Origin: Dudresnaya verticillata
Taxonomy: Eukaryota
Direction: 5' to 3'
Length of the DNA: 64,000 nucleotides
Assembly: GCA_977862235.1 (NCBI GenBank)
Contig: OZ374559.1
Span: 310,001 to 374,000 of the forward strand
Positions 1 to 12,623 of the stretch are shown piece after piece. The notes beneath the pieces are model-generated. The model saw only the letters and a list, made by a program, of their open reading frames with translations, was not told where the DNA came from and searched no databases. The number at the start of each line of letters is the position of its first letter. Position 1 is the first letter of the stretch. A program made the translations under genes and the position numbers.

Positions 1-20
1 ACGTACATCGCGACCGAAGT

Positions 21-305
21 ATGAGTCTTGACCCCATGACCATGTTGCGTGAAATTCAGAATCTTCGAACTGAGGTTCGTGACATGAGGGAATTCATTGA
101 TTACGCACGAGTGTGCCTGGATGCAATTTATAGCGATGTATTCAACCGCGTCGGAAGGGTGGTTGTACAGGTAATGGGGTTTGCAAAGCAGGCCCTAAAC
201 ATACTACGTTCAATTGAAAGAAAGTTGGGAATTGAACACAGAGAAGAGGTGGACATCGAGTTGAATTCAGATCCGGAATCACATTTTCCTGCCCCTCCAG
301 TGTGA
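21..305 (+). CDS. Small hypothetical coiled-coil protein (94 aa), probable paralog of 380-664
   Basis: ATG-started uninterrupted ORF; amphipathic heptad pattern (LREIQNLRTEVRDMREFIDY) aligns with the next ORF. Confidence 0.45.
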   Translation: MSLDPMTMLREIQNLRTEVRDMREFIDYARVCLDAIYSDVFNRVGRVVVQVMGFAKQALNILRSIERKLGIEHREEVDIELNSDPESHFPAPPV

Positions 306-379
306 GCACCACTGCACTGCACACCCAAGTGTGCAGTGAGTTGGATGTGCAGTGAGAAGGGGCTGCACGACAAATCAGA

Positions 380-664
380 ATGACGCGTCAAACGATTCAG
401 AAGCTGACGGGTGAGATTATCGAACTCCGTGTGCAGATTCGACAACTGCAAGTGAGAGTAAACTATCTCGATGAGCAACTTTGGGCGGTTTCACAAGCGG
501 TGAGGGATATTGTGTATAGTGAAGGCAGGAGAGCTGTGGATGGGCTGAAGAGCATTAGAGGGATAATTAGGGCCTTATTCAGGGTTTTTACGAGAATCTA
601 CGGACCCGCACAGAACGAACAGAACCTCGCCTCGAATGGGGAGGGAGATCCTGGAAATGTTTAG
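380..664 (+). CDS. Small hypothetical coiled-coil protein (94 aa), probable paralog of 21-305
   Basis: ATG-started ORF of identical length; EIIELRVQIRQLQVRVNY resembles EIQNLRTEVRDMREFIDY. Confidence 0.45.
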   Translation: MTRQTIQKLTGEIIELRVQIRQLQVRVNYLDEQLWAVSQAVRDIVYSEGRRAVDGLKSIRGIIRALFRVFTRIYGPAQNEQNLASNGEGDPGNV

Positions 665-745
665 GCATCGGCAATCGTTAGAGCAATCCTGCGTCTCGGG
701 AGAAACAGCAGTTAGTACTTGTTCTGAAATGTAGACTACGGTCTG

Positions 746-1450
746 AATACTACTTTCGTAGGTTTCAGAAGAAATTTTGGCAAACAGTCTAGCACGACCC
801 CCATGGAATAAATCAATCTTTAGCTCTTTAGAAAGGGGAGCTGAAATGGAGAAGAGTGGTGAAATCCGTTTTGGGATGGCACCTATACAACGGAAGTTAC
901 GGCTCTCTACATATGGCGTCTATACAGCGCGAAACTTTCGCGAAAGTTCTGATTTATTTCGAAACATCCTTTAAATTTTATTTCCAAATTTTGCCGTGGC
1001 CCAGCGCCGCTGCCGCCGCGCTCGCCCCGCGGTGTGCTGTGCTGTGTCCCACTAGGTGGCGGTACTCTTGCCAGTCTGGTGCTCGTCAGGCGCAGGCTCT
1101 GCCGCAATTTCGAAGTTACTTAGCTCCGTCAACATTTACTGCGCGCCTCCCACCCCTGAACCGTGTCCCGCCGCGCTCGCGCACTCCCGCGCCCCCTCTC
1201 TTCGTGCCACCAACGCACGCTCTGCGGTCGCAACACAACTGCTTTATCGCGCTTGCTTCGCTGCGACACCTCCGCATTACCCCTTACCCACTATCGTCCT
1301 GCATACTCCTCTCCGCACGCTAGCGTTGCCGCCCCCTGATTTTTCGCTACAACTGCCTCGCTTGGTGCGGGCCTTTGCAACACAACCACCTTGCTACGCG
1401 TCCGCTGCTGCCGCCTTGTATGTCCATTGCCATGCGCGCTGACCCAACAC
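746..1450 (+). repeat. Left long TIR of element A
   Basis: tttcagaagaaattttggcaaacagtcta...ggaagttacggctctctacatat...cctttaaattttatttcca recurs inverted at 21424-21636 and 12130-12172; identity decays inward. Confidence 0.8.
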
Positions 1451-2311
1451 ACCTGCAAGGGTACCGCTGCAGCCATATGTGCATGACTCCGCTCGCACGC
1501 CATCGTTTGTGCACAATTGTGCACAATTGTTCGCAGTTGACTACCTATACCAGCCCCCTGCCGCGTTACTCCTGACCCCGTGCAGGCTCGCCATCTCGGC
1601 AGCCGACAGCACGCAGGCAGCATCAGGAAATATTTTCACCACGCGGTCGTTGCCATTAATCGTTGCTGTAGTTGTACGTATAATGCAGATGGCGACGCGG
1701 TCGAGTTCTGTAGCATGCAGTTCCCCCACAAACAATTTTCGCCTCCCCAGCCGCACTGATTAAGTATTATGCTTTCTTCGCAAACTTTGTCCGAACATGC
1801 AGGTTTATGAACCAGGATCGAGGAGTCCAAAATCACAGGCCTGCTGCCTCGGTCGCTACCGCAGCATCAGCACACAGCATATTCATCAGCTCCTCGTGGT
1901 ATTCCATCTCTACCTTCGAACCATATGGTTATCCCATTATACCAAGAAAAAAAGACTTAAGCTTAGCCTGTTGCTTCACATCATTAATATACCGTTAATA
2001 GTTCTCCAAGAGCCGCCCAATTCACGTCACATGAGAAAGAATGGAGCTCCTGGCTACCAACCGCCGCGATAATACTTAAGAGCATCTGATTGGCAAACCC
2101 ATCCCATTGCCTTCTAGTGCTCCAGAACTGCGAGCGAAGTCTTTTGTGAGATGCTGGGGCCCAACCTCTCGAGAAAAGTAACCTCTGTTGAGCGGCATTT
2201 TTCATCAACTCGGCCAGTACTGTCATATACCCCTGGAACCACCTATATCTGTTCACTCGTGAAGGACTGGAGGTACTGTGGTGTAAATATCCATCGGCTG
2301 TCCGAAAAGTC

Positions 2312-3545
2312 ATGCTTGACATTCTTTGTCAATTTGATATCCTCATGCGCCTTCAGGCTGTGGAAGGAGCGGACGGTGAACAGAACGAGCTAATAGGGAT
2401 ACCTTCACTGCTGCCAAAGGGTTGGGAAGGGTTCTCGTGTGACACAAAGGACGGAGAGAGTGAACTAATTTTGCGAACAGAGTTTGTTGATATCATTCCG
2501 CCAAGTCTGACAGGGTCACTGATCGCGTACCTTCACCGAACCATTGGAAGAGAGGGGACAAAACCGCCCGAGCTTCGTCAAGATGCCGTCATTCTGACCC
2601 TTGCGGGAGCATGCAGAGTTGCGGTTCGCTTTATTCCAGAAAAGATATGGATCGACTGGACTATAAGGGCGGATGCCGATGAAGCGGTGCAGGTTGCGTA
2701 CCAGTGTTTGCGGGCAGGGAAAGTTTTTTGAAGGGGCCACTGCATAGGAGCAATGTAAGCTGGAAAGATTATCTGATCACCGACTGCCCTAAGGAATTGC
2801 GCGGGGGGTGTGGAAGTTCCAGTAGCGTGCGGTTGAGTATACGTCGGAATTGGGTAACAAGTACGCAGTGCCAGCCACTGGATCTAGCGGATGGTACTTG
2901 CTTTTGCGAGCAGCTTCGGACTTTCAAGCGATTGAAGCCGCACATCCTCAAAGGTGCAAGTGTTGGCTCAGGTCCCTGTCCTGTTGACGTGCGACTAGCT
3001 GCAAGACCTTTCGATGTATTTATCAGCCACGCAGGGATCGAGAAGGGGTGCCTCGCCTTGCCGGTAATGAATGCAATGGGCACAAAGGTCAGTTGTTTCT
3101 TAGATGAGAAAAGCCTCGAGGTATCCACAAAGACGAATAAGGACCAAATTATGGCTGCAATTCGAGGGAGCAGGGCTGCAATATTCATACTGTCACCAGA
3201 GTTCCTGGCTCGCAAGTGGCCTATGCTAGAGTTGGAAGAATTCTTCAAACGGATAGATGAGGAGGTTGGAAGAGGCGAGAAACGTGCGTTGATTTTCCCG
3301 TTGTTCTACAAACTCTCGGTCGAAGAGTGTCAGAAGGCGATGGATGTTCTCCGTGGAGAGAATAATGATCTTTTCAGGGGAAGAGGGTTTTCGCGTACGA
3401 ACGACAGAGTCAATCGCCATCAACGAAAATTCCTGACTTAGTCGGGCGTTTAAGCTCGTTTGTTGGTATTCGGAATGACCCCGAAGAGTCAAGCGAGGAC
3501 TTTGCTCAACGAGCCGCCATCAAGCTACTTCAGCAATTGGAAAGT
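2312..3545 (+). pseudogene. Captured COR-like + TIR-domain gene fragment (frameshifted)
   Basis: TIR motifs PFDVFISHAG, CFLDEKSL, AIFILSPEFLARKWPMLEL, IFPLFY in ORF 2704-3441; upstream LCQFDI..GIPSLLP..FVDIIPPSLTGSLIAYL resembles a ROCO COR domain. Confidence 0.7.
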
Positions 3546-4439
3546 CACTAATTGAGTTTGTCCATAGCATACGTTGTCGTTATCGTTGTAAATCTCATCG
3601 TTTACTGCCGGAAACAATCATTATCCTTACGCCGCCTTCTCTTCTCAATGGCCCTTCGGCCATCCTTGCGACCGGCTGCTTCTTCCAAGATGCACCTTCT
3701 TCATTGCTCAACGGACACAAAGCTCTTGCTAGACCGGAACTGGGTAGGGATGCACCTTGTAGTGCCGTGCCTGCAAGATGCTTAAAATGGGGAGCTGCGA
3801 GGGGCGTCTGGTGTGGTAGCATAACCCAGAAGTGGTAGGTCACGCCTGGGGCGACCGGATGTCCGGCAACGGTACTAGCTAGTGCAGGAAAAGGCCCGGT
3901 CGCAATGCCAACGAAGCCGGCAGCAGCGATTCGCGCGGATTCTTGGGTCATCCGCCGTCATTGCGCTTCGGTTATACAGCTCTTCTACTCGCCGATCGGC
4001 GTGGATGGCGGGGCAGTTAATCGCTCCACGCAGGCTGGCGAAGGTGTGGAAGAAGCGCCGCGTTTTGCTTTAAGTCGATGTCCTGCAGTCCTGCGTTGGT
4101 GGTGTTGCGCGTTTTCATCCGAGGGGTGAACGTGAATCAGCGCATGGTGAGCCAGTGTGCGTGACTGGTGGCGTAGACGGGAGACCAGCGAGCTCGTCTA
4201 GTTGTAGTCTAGGTCCTATGTATCACACAGGGAAGGGACTATGGAGAAGAGCGGGAGAGTCTACTGCCTTGTGCACTGAATACCGGCGATGGCGACAAAT
4301 GCCAACGGGACGCGAATGGTTTCAGAGGCACTTGAGAATGGGGCTCGAGTTGAATGGGACAAGCGGTCGGAGGAACCAGTCGTAAGGGACCTACTGATAA
4401 TGGAGTAACTAAGGGTATTGTAGACAACGTACACGGCTC

Positions 4440-4560
4440 CCGAGTGATGAAAGGCACGGACAGCTCAGTTAGTGTGTGGGATTCGGAAACTTGGAATGTC
4501 GCGTTCAGGGCTCTCACGGGGCACCGACGCAATGCGGAAAGTGCATCAGCTGAATACTGA
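4440..4560 (+). pseudogene. Single WD40-repeat fragment
   Basis: GTDSSVSVWDSETWNVAFRALTGH. Confidence 0.45.
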
Positions 4561-7371
4561 AGGAACACTTTTGTTCTGTCTGTGGTAGCTGGAATGATTC
4601 AACTAGAGATGGGGGGAGATGGGGGAACTTTATGGTAGGGTTCGAAGGGCGCTAAGTCGCCCCGTATACACAAGGACCTACCTGAGACCCTTGAGAAGTT
4701 TCGAAGAAAATTCCACGGCACGTACCACTGTTGCCATTGGTACACGTCGCTTGAAAAACTTCGACTGTAGACACCTCTATCGCATTACAGCAGCATACGA
4801 CGACGGCGGCGGGCGGACTCTTGACCTCTCCATCGACCGGCGGAGCAGCTTGGCTTGCGACTAAGGGATACTGAAAGAAATATGTTCGAGTCTGAATACT
4901 GGGTCATGAGTGAAATGTTTGCTGAATTCTGAGCGCAGGAGCAGCAGTCTTCAGTTGTAGCCGTTCGCCTAGATAGGGCGCGTGTAGTGGAGTGCAGAGA
5001 CTGGATAGGAAACGTTCTACCTGATTGTGATAGGAAGCATTGCTCATCTTACCTTTCAGTAATTGCTTCTCATCGCTGTAGACCTACTGTGATTCCTCTT
5101 GCGTGCATTACTGTATCTCTGCCCTAAGATTTACGTATGCTATTATTGCCGTCTCCCTTAAGTTTATCCTAGTGTACTATTAGTACCGTGCGCACCGAGC
5201 CTGAAGAGCTGGAAGGCTCAGAGAGGGGAGGCCCAATGGAGAGATGGAAACGAACCCCGGGCATCGTGAGCAAAGCAGTGAGACCCGTGACGACGCAATA
5301 TTGTGATTGTCGGCGAAAGCAATCGTCAGTCAGCTTTCATGGGCTGTTGCGGGGAGGCCAATCCAGTCGGGGTGGTGGTGGTGGGAAGGTCTCGTGCGAT
5401 CAGATCGTCGTGGTTGCTTCTCTCGGTGGTGGATGAATGTGTGGATGAGTTGGGCTCCTAGCCCGGCAGCAGCGTGCAAGCGCGGAGTGTCAGACGAGCA
5501 TGGCTATCTGGGACGCAGCGAACTCGCTGTGGACGTGCATGTAGCACGTTGAGATAAGCATTGATGCATGGGGACACACTACAGTCGCGTTGGCACATAA
5601 TATGTTTTTGGCTAGCCTGGGGCTGTGTCCAGATGTGGCAAACTAGAGACGTAGGAGGACGAGAAGGCATGTGCGATCGGAGGAAGAAAGTGCGGGTCTA
5701 TTGTGTGCAGGTAGGCGGGAGTAGGTGGGCATCTTGGCATGCATATAGCGTGGGTCGGGTTGCGAAGTCGGCGGTGACAGGCGTTGAGAGATGGGACATT
5801 CTAAGAATGCGATGACGTGGGCGAGACTTGTTCTTGGTTACCAGTCGACGCGTTTCGAGGATGGCGCAGAACATGGGATCAGACGCGTCTGGTCCCCGGA
5901 TGAGCCACCACCCTGCGGCCAGCCCCGCCGCACCAGTCGTGACTGATTTCACATAGAGAAAGGCGTAGGATGGGCACCGGCGCATTGCGCTATGTGTGCA
6001 AGTGAATGAACGGAGAGGCCAGGCTGGGGAAGAGTCGTGAGCCGTGAATTATTTTGTTGTGTTTCCACTGTTGTGGAAAAGTTCTGTACACGTTCCACAA
6101 TTGGGCCTAGCAGCGCGTGGTTTCATCGGCATTTCGCGAACTGCAGCTCCAAATCCGCGCAGCTGTTCAGTCCTGTTGGCAGATAACTAGACCTTCGCTA
6201 TCAAACCTGCGAACAAGTTTTTCGCCAGTTGTTGGCCAGTTGAACTGGGAATGAATAAGAGCGGTGGTCTGGGATATTTCTTTGCAAACAACAAAGTACA
6301 GAGACGAGTTGTTTTGTGGCCACTCAAGCTAATCATGAATGTGCTACAGTGATGCGGTTTGCTTCGCGTGTTTTTCTCCCAACCTCCCCTGGCGGCTTGT
6401 TCACCGGCACAGTTCGCCTGCGCCTTTCGTGCCGGCCCTCACCCTCTCCACTTATAGCCTGAAAGAGATATTGTAGCTGGGAGGAAGTCAGGAGCGAGCC
6501 TTTCCCGCCGGCCATGTTCCCGACCAGCAGCCTTTCTGGTGATCTTGACCCACACGTCTGGGGGGAAAGATTTCCTTTCCACGCCTTGATGGAAACCTGT
6601 ATTGTGTTATTGATAATATTTTCCTGCTCTGAACAGACACGCGAGAACAATGTCTGTTTGGAAGCTGGCACGAGATCTGCGGCATGCGTACCTGTAAAGC
6701 TCTACCGATTCCGTGCGCCTGAAAAAGTGTTACAAAGCCGGGATAATCGGCGTGCCCCGAAAACATTTATTGGTTGGCGCCCTCGCTCATCTAAAATATC
6801 TCCAGAGAAGATGTTACCCAATCCCTGCTGCGCGAATGGGTTATGCGTTACTGATAATATTTTTAGTTTTGTGGATGCAGCATCTGCCCAGACCTATATC
6901 TCTCCATCACTGGCCTGGGGCCAGGTCAGAGCAGTAAACGCGAGCTTCACGACAACGGGCTTCTGCCAGCTCTCGAAACAACCTCCGAAACGCACACGAC
7001 TGCACACGCTGCGCCGCATCCGCCCACAACCACGTGCGTCACCTTAAGGTAATTGCCGGTGCCCTCGCGAAGCATCGCGGGCTCGCCGACTGCCACATCG
7101 AACAGCGCCGCTTCTCCCACAGCGCTCATCACACGCAGCGCGGCAAAGACCGCAGAATCCACCGCTGCGTCCTGCTTTCACACTTACACACACTTCCTGG
7201 TAAGCGCGCCCCGTCCCTCCCACTCGAACGCATCCACCAAGAACCACGCCCCCGCCATGTTTTGCACAATCAGTCGTGCGGGAATTGGCAGGTGAGCTTT
7301 CGATCTAGATTGTTATGCGGGCATTCTGCTTCAAAGAAGATAGCATTTTCTACGGTTGCTTCGTTTACAAA

Positions 7372-8020
7372 CTAAGTACGAGCCTTCTCGGCCATACTGG
7401 CGGTATCCCAAGCGAAGAATCCCTTCAGGTCCTGAAGAAGTTTTGGTTCCTCGCCATCCACGGGTGAGTAGAAACTGTAGGGATATGGTATCGTCCCGCA
7501 CCCAGCAACTTCCGCAAAGCTATACGCAGATACTAAATTCTGGTCGTCCATCTGGAACTGCGCCAAGTCTTTCCCGTGAATCGCCATTCGAAATAGGCCG
7601 CTGTCGGAAACAGGGAGCTGCAGCTTGGTATGTCCGACTTCCTTCCCTTGAATCAGCAGCACCACCTCGCTGCCCTGCCGCGGGAGTATTTTCCGCTTCT
7701 TCGCTTCCCTGGGTCCATCTTCAAGTCTCACATCTGTTCCAGGAACAGGACTTGGGGAGGGGTCCCTGTTATCCTGGGTCTCATTCTCCTGCGGAGAATA
7801 TCTGGACAGGTCTGCTGCGGCAGCCACTCGATGGAGGCGCTCTCGCGCAAGTTTGAAGGTATCCGGGTTCTTCTCAACAACAGTGCATCGGCGTGCCGAC
7901 ATTAAACAGGCGATAGCCGTGGTCATGGTCCCGGCGTAGACGTCCAAAACTGACCACTGATCTGGGTAGAATGTCGTTAGGAGTTCCACGAGAAGGCAGA
8001 CATTCTTCTCCTCTGTTACC
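7372..8020 (-). pseudogene. 5'-truncated DNA amino-methyltransferase (motif I region) plus C-terminal TNP1/DUF8039-like domain; paralog of 47480-50581
   Basis: VTEEKNVCLLVELLTTFYPDQWSVLDVYAGTMTTAIACLMSARRCTVVEKN aligns with VLTEEKNVDLLAEVLTTFCVEQGHVLDTYAGTMTIGIACLATDRRCTCI; shared tail IHG..L/YPYS/FAWD. Confidence 0.75.
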
Positions 8021-10048
8021 GCAATCTATTTAGCATTCCAGATGGAAGGTATACGGATATTTGCCGAGCAACGACTCTGACAGAGGTAACTCTCCGAAAG
8101 GTGTACAAAGAGTTAAATCGAGAGCATTCCTCGCTGATTCCAGAGTATTATCAGCATGAAGAAAAAGGTCAGGCCAGTCGTCCTGATGGTAAGGGAAAGT
8201 TTTCGCGGTATTTATCTCGACCGTCCTCGCAGGAAGAACCCAAGCCGGGAGGAGACGTATCATAAGGGGGCGCTCCGGTGGGCGGTAGGCACCCGAGCAG
8301 GGAGCAAAAAGAAATGGAAGTGCCGCTCGAACCTTCTCCTCTCCCCAGATCGAGAAGTGTACCATGGAGCTAATGTAAATTCGTGCAAAGCGCTGTGCAA
8401 GCTATCCAACTAAGGAACAGGGCCGGACTCCTTTGGTTTCAACGCCTCTTCCCTGGACTGGGGTATATCATCACCTGCGAGCTAAAGTCAGCCTCCTGAC
8501 TGCTGAACATCATGACAAACGGATCGGAAAATCACGCATTGGTTCCTTCTCAAACGCGCTCCCACACGTCACGATTTCTGCTTCCTCAATTGTGATGTGT
8601 TGCCTCCTGCTGTGATAAGAAAAGACATCCGGTTTTCTGCACCCTATCTCCGTCGGATGTGTAGTATAGACGTCGGGTCGATCCGACGTCTGATACTTGC
8701 TGGTCCTAAGCCGCCACACAGACCCGTCGATGGGTAGCTGTTGGGGTTGGTAGAGCGGTGTCGGCCGCGTGCGCCCCGCAGGTGCGGATCAACGGCGTCG
8801 ATGCCGGAGCGCGCACGGGGCGTACCGTACGCGGGTAGGCACCGGCCGGACCCCAGCGTCCCTGTCGAAGGGCGGCAAGAAGCCGACGGAAAGGAAAAGG
8901 AAAGGGGAAAGTCTAGCGAGGCAAGGGGAAAAAAGGAAACCGCCCGCTGGCGTAAGGCAAACGGATCGAACCCGAAAAGGCTGGCGGCAAGCTTCAGCGC
9001 GAGCTGTTGCTTGCCCGGTTTACTGAGCCGTCGATGGCCGACGGTCTTAAATACCCTACACTATGTGCACTACGACTACTTCTACAGTAGGTGCGCCCCA
9101 CAACACCAACGCGGGAGGTGTGCGAGCGCGCGCCCATACACGTGTCGATACGTCCGGGTAACGGTTAGCCGTGGGCGCGCGGGGCGTAACGGGCAGCGGC
9201 ACTCTCAACGGCTCGATGCCGGAGAGCGTCACAGGGGCGCGCCGTGTGCGGCACGGCGCGCGGCCGCTGCCGGCAGCAATGCGGTCGACCGCTACTAATT
9301 CAACGAAAAAACTAAGGGCACGCTGCCCAACCACGACTCGCCAGCGGGCGTCATCGTGTGCACCATTGCAGTGCGGCGCTGCCAGCATACCTTACAGCCG
9401 CTGCTGATAGTGTGCTGACAGCTATACTACAAGATGTTCCGCAGAGTCCGCAGTGCCCACTCTGCACGTCAACTGTGCTTTGACCTAACAGCAATCAGTG
9501 CCCTCAAAAGCCAAAGACTTCTCTTTCCCTCGCGGGAAGACAGTTCATAATCTGTCTGTACTTTGGAGCTGGGAATTGTAAATGTGTTTTTGTGAAGTCA
9601 ACACTGCCAGAACCGCGGCGCTTGGTTTTATCGAAAGATCTGAGCGTAACCTGCTAACTCTGGGCAGGGGCGCACAGCCAAGCAATCAGGATGCTCTACT
9701 ATGGAAGGCAATTTTCGTCCTGACGGCAAAGGCTAGCCCAAGATCAGGAGAAAGTGCAGAACTGTCTATCGAGTGGGCACGCACGCGGATCTCTGCCAGA
9801 CAAAGAAGAGCGCCTGATGTGGACGATGAGACCGGCACTTGCGCGTGGGAACCACACCTTTTCGTAGCTTGGTGGAGTCTGATCGTCCCCGAGCTTGAAG
9901 TTTTGTGCATGACCAGGCTTATGTGCGACGACAAGGCATTCATATCCTGGGCCGAATGGCTTCGGAATCCCCCGACGTTTCCTCATCTCGTCCGACAACG
10001 TGAATGTCGTCAACATTCCGGGGGAGAGTGAAGCCATTGGATAAGTGA

Positions 10049-11094
10049 GTGTGGGAAGATGTATCGGAGTATTTCCAGGGTGCAAGGGACGAAATGGAGG
10101 TCGGACAGTTGCTGGACCTGGAATCATTTAACTTGCATGTCGCGATGTCTGCTATCGAACGGATGGACCCTAAGATGGATATTGACTTCGGCGAAGTCCG
10201 GAACGCTTCCGAGACCGTGCTTCCCTCACACTTATCGGACTTTGAAGTGATCAATATTATGGACGAGTTGCTGGCATGCGAGATGAGTTGGCTCGACGCC
10301 CACACATTGCCCCAAACCGTGTTCTCTTGCGTTTACATAAACGTGTACACGCAGTGTATGTATGAAATACCGCGGTTTGAGCTTTTCTCGTTTGTTCGTG
10401 TGCAGTTGGCGACGATGGACAGCATTCTTGACCTGGTCCTGGACGAGAAAAAGTGGCAGAAGATGAAGACTTCGTCGCTTCTACATACGGCTTCAATCTG
10501 CGACCGCTTTGTTCAGACCCACCCGAAGACGACCATACGATTCTAAGAAAGATTCTGCAGAAAATTGATTATCGTCCAGTCGAGGAAGCGAAGGACGCAA
10601 TTTCTTTGGCGGATGCAATCACCCTGCACGTACACATACAAGCGGAGATCTACAAGGCAATACAGTGCATGTCTGGGATTTCTTTCGAGTACCCTTTGCA
10701 AGAAGCAACCCAGCTGTTATCTTCTTTACAAGATTTGGTATCAAAGTTGGAAGCCTGTCCTCACAGGCTAGATGTGGATAAATAATTGATCCAAAGAATC
10801 TTCGATCCGTCTATTAACAGGCATTTGATGACATCCTCACCTCCTCGAACTGCTCCGCCCTTCGATAGTGCGGCATCTGTCCGGTATCTCCAGCGTCTTC
10901 TTTCTGAGTGGAAAGAATTGGTTAGTCTTGAAGACATCACGTTACCAAGAGATATGAAGCAGACCTCAGAATCTGCCTCACGAAGTTGTTCTCGTATTGA
11001 TCGACCTTCCATGATGCTCATGGATAACTACTCTGTCGAAGAGGTGTTGCTGTTCCCTGGAATGAAGCCTAAGGGTTACATAGAGTTACATTAA
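10049..11094 (+). pseudogene. NAA35: Captured N-terminal fragment of the NatC auxiliary subunit (NAA35/Mak10)
   Basis: WEDVS..GQLL..ESFNL..AMSAIERMDPKMD..IMDELLACEMSWL..HTLPQTVFSCVY is the Mak10 N-terminal signature; frameshift near 10450 and stop at 10783-10785. Confidence 0.8.
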
Positions 11095-11544
11095 TTGCAA
11101 TACCCTCAACGGGTGATTAAGGAGCTCAGCTGACCTAGGTCTGTAAAGCTACGTTCGCAGGAAGGGCTAGGTCGCTCTATGTAGACCTCGGGATGGGACT
11201 CTTCGCTCCTGGTTCAGGTTCGGACAAGGTCTTGGAGGGAATGATTGCGGCTGGGAATCGGGAAAATTTTACGTGTAAGAGGGAGCGCACGGGAAGAGCT
11301 AGGCATGGGCCAGTATGTGCGGTACTGCATACTAGAGCACGTGATACCGTTGCCAGTTGCGTTGCGCGGAAAAACGTAACCCTTACTGGTAAGTATCACT
11401 TTTCTGATGCGGGCTACGTGCCATCCTCTGCTGCAACACGCGCGCGCGTTGGGTCAGGTGTAACGTGGCACCGCTACGGTTGCAGGCCGATGTCGGATGC
11501 GCGGCAATGCGGTAGAGGAGCGACGGCCGACGCGAGGAAAAGCA

Positions 11545-12172
11545 GTTGTGTTAAGTCGGCGCGTGCGCGGCAATTGCCATTAATGAACATGCATGGCGGC
11601 AGTAGTCGGGAGGCAAGGTGGTTGTGCTGCGACAACGCGCCCGTGGTGACGCAGTTGCAGCACGGGAACAGGGGAGCGGCAAGGCAAGCGCGCAGTGAGG
11701 CAGGTGTACGGCGACGGGAGGGTGCGCGGAAAATTGTGGCGCAGCGAAGTGCGCGCGGGTTGTAGCACGGGAACAGGGGAGCGGCAAGGCAAGCACACAG
11801 TGAGGAAGGTGTCGGACGACGGGAGGGCGCAAAGAAAATTGTGGCGCAGGGAAATGTTCGTGTCTGGGAGTTGCAGTGGGTGTCGTTGCGCGGCTTCTGG
11901 TGCACCAGAGCCGCCACTGAATGGGCTTGGAGCAATTCGGGGAGCTTGTAAGGAGGGAGCCGGGTGCACGGCGGCACCACTAGGCCACGGCAAAATCTGA
12001 ACGTCCCCGGGCGAGCCGCGGCGCCAGCATCTGCTGGCGCTCCGGTGCCGCCACTGAGTGGGGCAGAGTGCAGTGCGGGGCCCACCTGAGCGGGGCGCCG
12101 GGCGCGCGCGGCCGCGCGGTGCGCACCACTGGGCCAGGGCGAAATATGGAAATAAAATTTAAAGGAAGTTTC
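11545..12172 (-). repeat. Inner part of the right TIR of element A, including a ~105-bp tandem duplication (11656-11849)
   Basis: Inverted similarity to ~960-1450; cacgggaacaggggagcggcaaggcaagc...aaaattgtggcgcag occurs twice. Confidence 0.7.
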
Positions 12173-12348
12173 GGCGGTGTACCGTGGCACCCAGGGTGCG
12201 GTGGGTGTCAATCAACATGTCGGAGCCAATGACCACCGTCTATACTCAACCGAAAAGTAGGGCCACGTCGCATATACTCAGTTGCTGATTGGTGGGGCTC
12301 TAGCCAATACATTTACTCTATACTCAACTAACAAACCCTTGGCACGCA
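12173..12348 (+). repeat. Left TIR of MULE-1
   Basis: Inverted match to 21238-21414; internal TATACTCA repeats. Confidence 0.85.
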
Positions 12349-12623
12349 GGGGCTGGTCAGGGGCCTTTCCGTGACCGATGTCTGTGTGACAGTGACGAAT
12401 TTCAAATCGCAACGACCGGAAAGCTCGCGGATCATGTGCAGCCGCAGCTGTGGATCCCACCCACGCCCACCCACCCCCTCGCCGCCATCGCCGCCATCCG
12501 TCCCCGCCCGCAGCCATCATGATTGCCTCTCTCTTCCACGTGCATTGCGTCCATCTCTAGCGTGCTTACCGGTCTGCCTCCTAACGGGCTCAACTCTTCC
12601 TGTGGCCGGCGTTCCTCCCTACA

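Noticed and set aside
777..1763. ORFs within TIRs (also 11193-12211, 21160-21739, 52207-53098)
   Set aside because: GC-rich repeat-derived frames with no recognisable domains; their mutual similarity simply reflects the TIR homology
11455..11473. tgtaacgtggcacc match to the MULE-1 terminus
   Set aside because: Only 14 bp, with no partner end or TSD; cannot be distinguished from chance or a tiny remnant
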